From: Dehalococcoidia bacterium
GTDB lineage: Bacteria > Chloroflexota > Dehalococcoidia > UBA6926
Reading direction: 5' to 3'
NCBI GenBank assembly: GCA_963666115.2
Contig: CAXXET010000004.1
Span: 1 to 64,000 of the forward strand
Length of the DNA stretch: 64,000 bases
The position numbers were made by a program, and so were the translations under genes. Positions 57,101 to 64,000 of the stretch are shown here, piece by piece (positions within the stretch are counted from its first letter, which is position 1; every line of letters starts with the position of its first letter). The notes under the pieces were generated by a model. That model was not told the origin of the DNA. It did no database searches and worked only from the letters and a program-made list of their open reading frames with translations.

Positions 57101-60100
57101 CATGTCCGGCGCGGTCCAGCTCACGTCCAGCTGCGTCTTGGGCGTGGCCGAGTACTGCCAGACGGAGGGCGCGCTCGGCGCGGCGGGCGGCTCATCCGCG
57201 TCCGTCACGTTGATGGTGACGCTGATCGTGTCGTCGATCGCCGTGTTGGCCGTGCCGTCCCCGGCCTTCTTGTCCGTGACGTTCACCGTCACGCTGTGCG
57301 ACGTCGCGGCCTCATAGTCCGGGATATTCCCCGTCTTGACCGTGATCTGCCCGGTGGTGGAGCCGATGGTGAACTTGCCCGCGTCCGTTCCCGTCAGGCT
57401 GTAGTAGAGCGTGTCGCTCTCCGGATCGGCCCCTGCGGTGACCACCGCGCCAACGTTCGTGCTCGCCGCCGAGTTTTCGGCGATGCTGCGTGTCGCCGTT
57501 GCCGCGCTGAACTCCGCCCCCTCGTTCACGTTTGTGACGTTGATAGTGACGGGGATCACGTAGCTTCCCGGCGCGTTCGGCGCAAGGTTCTCGCTTTGCG
57601 CCTGCGCCACCGCCGCAGTCACCGTGACCGTCACCCTGTAGCTTGTCTTCGTCTCATAATCCAGGCTCGTGCCGCTCTTGACCTTGATCTGGCCCGTGCC
57701 GCCGGTAATCGTGAACTTGCCCGCGTCCGTGCCGCCCAGCGCGTGCGAGAAGGTGTAATTATTCGGGTTCGAGGTAGCCGTCACCGGCGAGCCGATGTTC
57801 GTGTTCGCCGCCGAGTTCTCCGCCACGCTGCGGCTCATGCCGCCCGCCGTCGTGACCGCCGTGCCGCTCGCCGACCACGCGCTATCGCCCTCGTTGTTCG
57901 TAGCCTGCACCTGCACTTCATACGTCTTGCCCGCCGTCAGGCTGCCAATGCTCGTCGACGTGCCCGTTCCCGTGAACGTGTGGCTGCTCCACGTGGAAGC
58001 GCCAACCTGCCGGTACCGCACGTCGTAATCACTCAGGGCAGGCTTGCCGGTCATGCTCGGCAGGGTCCAGGAAACATCGATCTTCGTTGTTGGAGTCGTC
58101 GAATTCGTGCTCACCGTTGGCGCGGCAGGCGCGGCGGGAGGCTCATTCACGTCCGTCACGTTGATGGTCACCGCGATGGTGTCATCGATGACCGTGTTGG
58201 CCGTGCCGTCCGCAGCCTTCTTGTCCGTGACGTTCACGGTCACGCTGTACGAGGTCTTGGCCTCATAGTTGGGAATGTTGCCCGTCTTGACCGTGATCTG
58301 GCCGGTGGTGGCGCCGATGTTGAACTTGCTCGCATCCGTTCCCGTCAGGGAGTACGTGAGGGCGTCGCCCTCCGGGTCCGCCCCCGCAACGACAGCCGCG
58401 CCGATGCTGCTGCCCGCCGCCGAGTTTTCGGCGACGCTGCGCGTGGCCGTCGCGGCGCTGAACTGGGCCTTTTCATTCACGTTGGTCACGTTGATGGTGA
58501 CCGCGATGGTGTCGTCGATGGCCGTGTTGGCCGTGCCGTCGGCGGCCTTCTTGTCCGTGACGTTCACGGTGACGCTGTACGACGTCGTGGTCTCATAATC
58601 CAGCGACGTGCCGCTCGCCACGGTGATCTGCCCCGTGCTGGAGCCGATGCCGAACTTGCTCGCGTCCGTTCCCGTCAGCGTGTAGTAGACCGTGTCGCCC
58701 TCCGGATCGGCCCCGGCGGTGACGACCGCGCCAACCGTCGCGTTGGCCGCTGAGTTCTCCGCGATGCCCCGCGTGGCCGTGGCGGCGCTGAATTCCGGCC
58801 CCTCGTTCACGTTCGTCACGTTGATGGTGACCGCGATGGTGTCATCGATCACCGTGTCCGCCGTGCCGTCCGATGCCTTCTTGTCGCTCACGTTCAGCGT
58901 CACGCTGTAGCTAGTCTTCGTTTCATAGTCGAGAGACGTGCCGCTCGTCACGGTAATCTGGCCGGTGTTGGAGCCGACGGCGAATTTGCTGGCGTCCGTT
59001 CCTGTCAGCGTGTAGTAGAGCGTGTCTGTTGTTGGGTACGGATCGGTGGCCGTGACCGCCGTGCCCACGTTCGTTCCCGCCGCCGAGTTCTCCGCAACGC
59101 TCCGCGTCGCCGTGTCGTCGGAGAACGTGGGATCAAGGTTGTCAACGGTTGAGCCCTTGACGATGGCCGACCATTCGGGGCTGCCTTGGTTCACGTCGTC
59201 CTCAGCCTTCATGCGGAATTGGTACTCGGTGTTCCGATCCAGGCCCGAGATTTCCAGGCTCGTCACCGGCTGGTTGTTTGAGACGGCATCGATGTACTTG
59301 TATGGCGCAGTCGTCCAGTTCGTCTCACTCGCCTTCATGTAGATGATCCAGAACTTCGCGACGTCGCGGTAGTCCGGGTCGCGCGTCGCGTTCGACGAAA
59401 CGCTGTTATCGTTCGGTTCGTCCCAACTGATGATGAGCGTGTCGTAGGGCTGGGTTGTCTTCTGCGCCACGCTGACACCCGTCACCATGGCCGGCAGGTA
59501 TTCCTCGTCGGTCAGGTTGATGGTCACCGCGATGGTATCGTCGATAACTGTGTCCGCCGTGCCGTCCGCGGCCTTCTTGTCGCTCGCGTTCACGGTCACG
59601 CTCAGGCTGCTGTCTGTCTCATAGTCGAGTATCGCGCCGCTCGCCACCGTGATCTGCCCCGTTGTGGAGCCGATGTTGAACTTTGAGGCGTCCGTGCCCG
59701 TCAGCGTGTAGTACACCGTATCGCCGTCTTGATCGCTCGCTGTCACAACCGCGCCCACGTTCTGCCCCGACGCCAGGTTCTCCTTGATGGAGCGCGTGGC
59801 CGTCGCGCCACTGAACTCCGGCGCCTCGTTCACGTCCGTCACGTTGATGGTGACGGCGACGTTGTAGTCGCCCGGCGCGTTTGGATCGAGTGTGAAGCTC
59901 TGCGCGTTCGCCCCTGCCTGCGCCGCCGTCACCGTCACGACCACGCTGTAGCTGCTCTTGGTCTCATAGTCCAGGCTCGTGCCTGTTTTCACCGTAATCT
60001 GGCCGCTGGACGACGCGATGCTGAACTTGGAGGCGTCCGTGCCGCTTAGGCTGTGCGTCAACGTGTAGCCGTTGGTGTTCGCAGAGGTCGTCACCGCCGC

Positions 60101-62575
60101 GCCAACGTTTGTTCCCGCCGCCGAGTTCTCCGCGACCGACCGCGTCACCGCATTCGAGTTGGTAGAGCCCGACCCGGTGTCCGACCACCCGCTCGTTCCC
60201 TCCGCGCTCGTGGCGCGCACCTGCGCGTCGTAGAGCTTGCCGACGGTCAGGCCCGTGATTGTCGTCGTCGTGCCCGCGCCGGTGAAGGACGCGTCCGTCC
60301 AGTCCGTCGTGCCGGACAGCCGGTACTGCACGTCATAGTCGGTGATGTCCGGCCCCGTATTGGTCGGCGCTGTCCATGTAATATCCAGCTTGGTCGTCGG
60401 CGTTGTGGTGTTGGCCGCTACCGTGGGCGCGGACGGCGCGGACGGAACCTCCGTTGTGTCCGTCACGTTGATCGTGACCGCGATGGTGTCGTCGATGGCC
60501 GTGTTCGCCGTGCCGTTAGCGGCCTTCTTGTCGGTGACGTTCACCGTGACGCTGTAGGAGGTCTGGGCCTCATAGTTGGGGACGTTGCCCGTCTTGACGC
60601 TTATCTGGCCGGTGGTTGAGCTGATGGCCAACTTGCTCGCGTCCGTTCCCGTCAGCGAGTAGGTGAGCGTGTCTTCCTCCGGGTCAGCCCCGGCGGCCAC
60701 CGCCGCGCCGATGTTGGTTCCGGCCGCGGAGTTCTCCGCGATGGAGCGGGTGGCGGTGTCGTCGGCGAACACGGGGCCCTCGTTGATGTTCGTCACGTTG
60801 ATCGTGACCGGGATGATATAGCTGCCCGCCGCGTTGGGACTGAGGCCGCTGTTGCCCGTCCCCGTCGAGCTGCCCCCGGACGCCGCCATCGTCACGGTGA
60901 CACTGTACGATGACTTGCTTTCGAAATCCGGGATGTTGCCGGCCTTGACCTGGATCTGGCCGTTGGAGGAACCGATGGTGAACGTGCTCGCGTCAGTTCC
61001 GCCCAGGGAGTAGGCCAGCGTGTAGCTGTTGGGGTTGGAATCGGCGTCCACCGCCGCGCCGATGTTGGTATTCGCCGCCGAGTTCTCGGCGATGCTGCGG
61101 GTCTGCGTCGTGTATTGGGTGATGGCCGTGCCGGAGGACGACCAGGCGCCGGTGCCTTCGGTGTCGGTGCCCCGCACCTGCACCTCGTAGCTCTTGCCGG
61201 CCGTCAGGCCGCTAATCTCCGTGCTGGTTCCCGTCCCGCTGAAGCTGTGGTTCGTCCAACTGCCGGCCCCGGTCTGCCGGTACTGAACGTCGTAGTCCGA
61301 GACGCCATCGGGATGGGAGGGCGTCGCCGCCGTCCACGACACGTCCAGCTTGGTCGTCGGCGAGGTGGCGTCCCTGGACACCGTGGGCGCGGTCGCCGTC
61401 GGCCCAGTGAGGTTGTTGATGCTGATCCTTACCTTGCGGTGGGACTTGTAGGTGGTGCCGCTGTCCACCACGTCGTAATTGACCCTGCCGAGGTAGGTAG
61501 TCTCGGTCTCGTAGTCCAGGGTCGCGCCGGACTTCACCTCGATCAGGCCGGTGCTGCTGCTGATGGTGAATGCTTCGGTGGCGTCCCCGTAAGAGCCGGC
61601 GTCCGCTTGAAACGTCCAGTTGCTGGCGCCGGAGTTGTACACCCCCACCTTGCCCACGTCGGCGCCGGCGGCGGAATTCTCGTTGATTGACATGGATGAC
61701 CCGGAGGTGGTGCAGGTCATTTTGAACTTCCACGTGAAGTCCGCGTAGAGGCCGCCAGGATCCGTCGCTCTGGTCCTGATCGTCACCCACGTGTCGGCGG
61801 GATGGTTCGCGCGAATCCTGACGGGGGTGTCCTGTGTGATGGCCACCAGCCCGGGATGCGAACTAGTCGAAACGATGGTCAGCGTGTCGCCGTCCGGGTC
61901 TGAGAAATAGCTGTTCTCGCCGGTGGGGTACGACACCCCGTGGTTTTTGTAGCACTCGTTGTCTCCGTCATCTACCCGATGGTGGGTATCGTGGGTGCTG
62001 GCGATCACCTGGGGCGCCTGGTTGGACTGGCCGCTCGCGCCATCCTCCGCTTGCCCCTGCGCCTGTGCCTCCTGCGCCAGGGGAACCTTCAACTCCGGCT
62101 TGACCGGCTCTGCCGTCGCCGTCGGCTCAGGCGTGAACGGCCCTGCGGGCGAGGAGTTCGTCCACCCGCCCCACCCCGCGTCGTTCCCCGCGCGCGCGGC
62201 AACAATATAGGATTTCGCGTTATCGACGCCGCCGATGGTGATGGTCGAGGCATTGTGCTCATACGCGGCGAGGCTCCAGCTAACCGCCTCGTCCGAGCTG
62301 TACGTCACGTGATAGCGAGTCGCCCCCTCAACGGGAGTCCAACTGGCCGTCAGCGAGCCGTCCGCGCGCACAACCTTAACAGAAGAAACCGCCCCCGGAG
62401 GAGCGGTTTCGAGGCCGCCGCCGCTCGCCGACGCAGGCACGGGCAAGGCCAGCACGGGAAAAACAACGGCAAAAGCCAAAAACACAGAGAATGCCCGCTG
62501 CACCCATGTCATCCTCGGCGCGCCCCATGTCATTCTGAGCGCAGCGAAGAATCCTCCCGTCGGCATTCCGCCCAC
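54122..62575 (-). CDS. 2817-aa surface protein: ~13 cadherin-like and ~9 fibronectin type III domains, Pro/Thr linker, putative Ig domain, C-terminal TM anchor
   Basis: Repeated (I/V)AENSAA..N.G..V.A.D...LDYE..SY.VTV cadherin units and WTAP...I.DYDVQY...GL..G..Y.VQV.A.N.EG..WS FN3 units; signal peptide. The true start is uncertain (62509-62575). Confidence 0.92.
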   Translation of the reverse strand: MGGMPTGGFFAALRMTWGAPRMTWVQRAFSVFLAFAVVFPVLALPVPASASGGGLETAPPGAVSSVKVVRADGSLTASWTPVEGATRYHVTYSSDEAVSWSLAAYEHNASTITIGGVDNAKSYIVAARAGNDAGWGGWTNSSPAGPFTPEPTATAEPVKPELKVPLAQEAQAQGQAEDGASGQSNQAPQVIASTHDTHHRVDDGDNECYKNHGVSYPTGENSYFSDPDGDTLTIVSTSSHPGLVAITQDTPVRIRANHPADTWVTIRTRATDPGGLYADFTWKFKMTCTTSGSSMSINENSAAGADVGKVGVYNSGASNWTFQADAGSYGDATEAFTISSSTGLIEVKSGATLDYETETTYLGRVNYDVVDSGTTYKSHRKVRISINNLTGPTATAPTVSRDATSPTTKLDVSWTAATPSHPDGVSDYDVQYRQTGAGSWTNHSFSGTGTSTEISGLTAGKSYEVQVRGTDTEGTGAWSSSGTAITQYTTQTRSIAENSAANTNIGAAVDADSNPNSYTLAYSLGGTDASTFTIGSSNGQIQVKAGNIPDFESKSSYSVTVTMAASGGSSTGTGNSGLSPNAAGSYIIPVTINVTNINEGPVFADDTATRSIAENSAAGTNIGAAVAAGADPEEDTLTYSLTGTDASKLAISSTTGQISVKTGNVPNYEAQTSYSVTVNVTDKKAANGTANTAIDDTIAVTINVTDTTEVPSAPSAPTVAANTTTPTTKLDITWTAPTNTGPDITDYDVQYRLSGTTDWTDASFTGAGTTTTITGLTVGKLYDAQVRATSAEGTSGWSDTGSGSTNSNAVTRSVAENSAAGTNVGAAVTTSANTNGYTLTHSLSGTDASKFSIASSSGQITVKTGTSLDYETKSSYSVVVTVTAAQAGANAQSFTLDPNAPGDYNVAVTINVTDVNEAPEFSGATATRSIKENLASGQNVGAVVTASDQDGDTVYYTLTGTDASKFNIGSTTGQITVASGAILDYETDSSLSVTVNASDKKAADGTADTVIDDTIAVTINLTDEEYLPAMVTGVSVAQKTTQPYDTLIISWDEPNDNSVSSNATRDPDYRDVAKFWIIYMKASETNWTTAPYKYIDAVSNNQPVTSLEISGLDRNTEYQFRMKAEDDVNQGSPEWSAIVKGSTVDNLDPTFSDDTATRSVAENSAAGTNVGTAVTATDPYPTTDTLYYTLTGTDASKFAVGSNTGQITVTSGTSLDYETKTSYSVTLNVSDKKASDGTADTVIDDTIAVTINVTNVNEGPEFSAATATRGIAENSAANATVGAVVTAGADPEGDTVYYTLTGTDASKFGIGSSTGQITVASGTSLDYETTTSYSVTVNVTDKKAADGTANTAIDDTIAVTINVTNVNEKAQFSAATATRSVAENSAAGSSIGAAVVAGADPEGDALTYSLTGTDASKFNIGATTGQITVKTGNIPNYEAKTSYSVTVNVTDKKAADGTANTVIDDTIAVTINVTDVNEPPAAPAAPTVSTNSTTPTTKIDVSWTLPSMTGKPALSDYDVRYRQVGASTWSSHTFTGTGTSTSIGSLTAGKTYEVQVQATNNEGDSAWSASGTAVTTAGGMSRSVAENSAANTNIGSPVTATSNPNNYTFSHALGGTDAGKFTITGGTGQIKVKSGTSLDYETKTSYRVTVTVTAAVAQAQSENLAPNAPGSYVIPVTINVTNVNEGAEFSAATATRSIAENSAASTNVGAVVTAGADPESDTLYYSLTGTDAGKFTIGSTTGQITVKTGNIPDYEAATSHSVTVNVTDKKAGDGTANTAIDDTISVTINVTDADEPPAAPSAPSVWQYSATPKTQLDVSWTAPDMSGKPAISDYDVQYKKSSDNTWTSHTFASTATTTRLTGLDEGTSYDVQVKAKNDEGASGWSTSGSATTQDPNVNATFPSATTTRSIAENSAANTAIGAAVTATDTENNTLTYSLTGVDVASFSLNTSTGQIKVKAALDYEAKSSYSVSVGVSDGKDSDDNDDTTVDDTIAVTISVTDVAEPPAAPDGPTVVQNTTTPKTQLDVSWAAPDMTGKPAISDYDVRYKKSSDSTWTSHTFTGTGTSTTITGLDEGTSYDVQIMATNDEGDSAWSTSGMATTQDKNVNPQFKYNSLSVTREIAENSAAGANVDEVVCATDTEDDALTYSLTGTDAGKFTVVASTGQIQVGAGTTLDYESKTSYTVTVQVSDGKDSYGAPDSEIDDTIAVTISVTDAAEPPPAPDAPTVDRNAANPKTQFDVNWTAPDVTGKPAITDYDVQYKKSSDSTWTSHSFTGTGTSTTLTGLSPGTSYDVQARAVNDEGDGAWSGSGTASTEDLNTPPAFTDVGFFGATRQIAENSAAGANVGAPVSATDTEGDTLTYTMIGTDADKFEIDSSTGQITVGDDTSLNHESTTNYTVTVQVSDLKDEWDNADTVIDASAFVNITVTDVDEPLDAPGGLKAKSATTSTITVTWTAPATTGKPPVKEYWVRFWEKGTDFVTAWAGSATEVVMDEAPTSSNPSAPLKPGTAYEVEVMADNGEGYGEWSDVVTVYTKRNVSSRNPTPRPTATATPAPTPPATPVPTATPAPPSTPVPTPAPAPSTPVPTPAPATPTPAAPTPTTTATPTPSSSTSPAAPTASPTPPPAARPASSSGGPAGTSNWNQEDEDTGEGSGAADVTTEEDEDDVVEEPPVNAPPTIVTPADKEFLQGQTIESFAITVTDPNPEDTVTVWLVGLPAWLTYGVGAVSGTVYDDAAPGTYRVTITASDEVNDPVTAEFAIVVNETPELAEVGLIEGGVSTLINWLPVVGAIILVLAAILRRLMRKGNGVEDIIESSTG
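62507..62553 (+). repeat. Palindromic repeat family C, partial plus full copy, at the adhesin 5' end
   Basis: TGTCATCCTCGGCGC, followed at a 21-nt offset by TGTCATTCTGAGCGCAGCGAAGAATC. Confidence 0.8.
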
Positions 62576-62661
62576 AACGATCCCCTGGATTACTTGCGAT
62601 CATCAACACCTGATGAACTACAAATAATACATCCAGCATATCGTTGTCAAGCGCAACTATT

Positions 62662-62739
62662 GATCCTTCGCTGCGCTCAGGATGACAGGCTATGTCATTC
62701 TGAGCGCGCCCTATGTCATTCTGAGCGCAGCGAAGAATC
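62662..62739. repeat. Family C cluster (inverted pair plus partial copy) between the two adhesin genes
   Basis: GATCCTTCGCTGCGCTCAGGATGACA (62662-87) is inverted to 62714-39, with a partial copy at 62693-62707; can form a long hairpin. Confidence 0.82.
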
Positions 62740-62744
62740 TTCCC

Positions 62745-64000
62745 TTATAGTGTCGTTCCCTCTATGGCCTCCTCCACCGCGTTGCCCTTCCGCATCAGCC
62801 GCCGCAGAATCGCCGCAAGAACCAGGATGATCGCGCCCACCACCGGCAGCCAGTTGATGAGCGTGGACACGCCGCCCTCGATGAGTCCAACCTCCGCCAG
62901 TTCCGGCGTCTCCACCACCACAACGGCAAACTCCGCCGCCACGGGGAAGTTCACCTCGTCCGACGCGGTTATCGAGACGCGGTACGTGCCCGTCGAGGCA
63001 TCCTCCTGCACCGTGCCGCTCACCATGCCGTCCTCATAGGCCAGCCACGCGGGCAGCCCCACCAGCGACACCGTCACCGTGTCCTCCGGGTTCGGATCGG
63101 TCACCGTAATCGCGAACGGCTCGATGGCCTCTCCCTGCAGGTACTCCTTGTCCCCCGGCGTGACGATGGTCGGCGGCGTATTGACCGGCGGCTCAATCTC
63201 CTCGTCCTGTTCGGCATCCTCTTCGGCTGGCGCGCTCGCTGCCGGCGCGGGTGTGGGCGTCGGCGTGGGCGGACGCGAAGCCGAGCTGGGCCCGGGCCCG
63301 CCGCCGGACACAATGGGTGGCGGCGTGGCTGCCGGCGTCGCCTGTGGCGCAGGTGTTGGCGTCGGGGTAGTCGGCACAGGCGTGCTTGTCGGAATCGGAG
63401 CAGCCGGCGCAGGCGTGGCTGCCGGAACCGGAGTCGACGTTGGCGGTGCAGGCGCAGGTGTCGGAACAGGCGTAGCGGGCGTTGGCGCGGGAGTGGCCGT
63501 CGACGTCGGGCTGGGCGTCGGCGTCGCGGCGGCCTTGGTATACAGCGTTGCCAGCGCCGACCACGCGCCGTAGCCCTCGCCGTTGTCCGCCATCACCTCC
63601 ACCTCATAGGCCGTGCCCGGCTTCAGGCGCGAGTTCGGGCTGATGTCGTCGTGAACCTGGTCCAGCAGCGCCTCGTTGGTGGTGATCGTCCAGGCGCTGA
63701 GGGTGTCGAGCCCCTTCTCCCAGAGCCGCACCCAGTACTCCTTGACCGGCGGCTTGCCGGTGGTGTCAGGGGCCGTCCAGGTGGCCGTGATGCTGTTCGT
63801 GGTGGCCGACTTGGTCGTGGGCGCCCCGGGAGCGCCCAGCGGCTCATTCACGTCCGTCACCGTGATCGTCACGGTGCTTGTCGCGTCGACGCTGTCATCC
63901 GGGTCGTCGTTGATGTCCTTGCCGTCGCTCACCTGGACTGTGACCTCGTAATCTGTCTTGCTCTCGTAATCGAGCGTCGTGTCGGCGCCAACCGTGATCT
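62745..64000 (-). CDS. Paralogous cadherin/FN3 surface protein, C-terminal part (5' end outside the window)
   Basis: Cadherin end, FN3, Pro/Thr linker, Ig domain, and an anchor nearly identical to the C-terminus of 54122-62575. Confidence 0.9.
   Translation of the reverse strand, partial: ITVGADTTLDYESKTDYEVTVQVSDGKDINDDPDDSVDATSTVTITVTDVNEPLGAPGAPTTKSATTNSITATWTAPDTTGKPPVKEYWVRLWEKGLDTLSAWTITTNEALLDQVHDDISPNSRLKPGTAYEVEVMADNGEGYGAWSALATLYTKAAATPTPSPTSTATPAPTPATPVPTPAPAPPTSTPVPAATPAPAAPIPTSTPVPTTPTPTPAPQATPAATPPPIVSGGGPGPSSASRPPTPTPTPAPAASAPAEEDAEQDEEIEPPVNTPPTIVTPGDKEYLQGEAIEPFAITVTDPNPEDTVTVSLVGLPAWLAYEDGMVSGTVQEDASTGTYRVSITASDEVNFPVAAEFAVVVVETPELAEVGLIEGGVSTLINWLPVVGAIILVLAAILRRLMRKGNAVEEAIEGTTL

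Noticed and set aside
55763-58753. 996-aa Arg-rich plus-strand ORF
   Set aside because: Antisense shadow of the repetitive adhesin gene.
62624-62650. Minus-strand TTGACA...TATTAT promoter for the adhesin
   Set aside because: The spacer is only 15 nt; plausible but not supportable.

Overview
High-GC bacterial chromosome segment. The gene content (alpha2-type GlyRS, FtsK alpha-domain insertion, caa3 oxidase, System I Ccm, FadE26-like acyl-CoA dehydrogenase, plant-type LRR lipoprotein, giant cadherin/FN3 proteins) suggests Chloroflexota/Dehalococcoidia (SAR202-like) and a possibly host-associated, sponge-type lifestyle; this assignment is inference. The left ~37 kb is mostly housekeeping: a frameshifted ftsK, mrp, uvrB, ruvA/ruvC/yebC, rpsP-khpA-rimM, a ccmEFH..ABCD operon, a ctaCDEF-ctaG-ctaA/B operon, a moaD-moaE fusion, an sbcD-GNAT fusion, glyQS and tRNA-Arg(CCG). 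Several toxin-antitoxin genes and three families of short palindromic repeats are interspersed. Five features are the most unusual. (1) A promoter-led, multi-stem ~143-nt candidate ncRNA is followed by two small ORFs with strong SD sequences (22.2-22.7 kb). (2) A 6 x 23-bp array with alternating spacers lies between tRNA-Arg and a DUF4143 ATPase-nuclease gene, and its last unit forms that gene's -10 box. (3) A MoxR/DUF58 operon is built around a 2212-aa membrane protein with HEAT repeats, twin transglutaminase domains (one with Cys, one with Ser) and Ig-like repeats. (4) A lower-GC cassette encodes a large N6-methyltransferase plus a small PD-(D/E)XK-like protein and is bracketed by duplicated copies of an adhesin C-terminal anchor sequence. 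(5) Tandem giant cadherin/FN3 surface proteins share an identical C-terminal anchor. All family calls come from visual motif recognition; no database searches were run.
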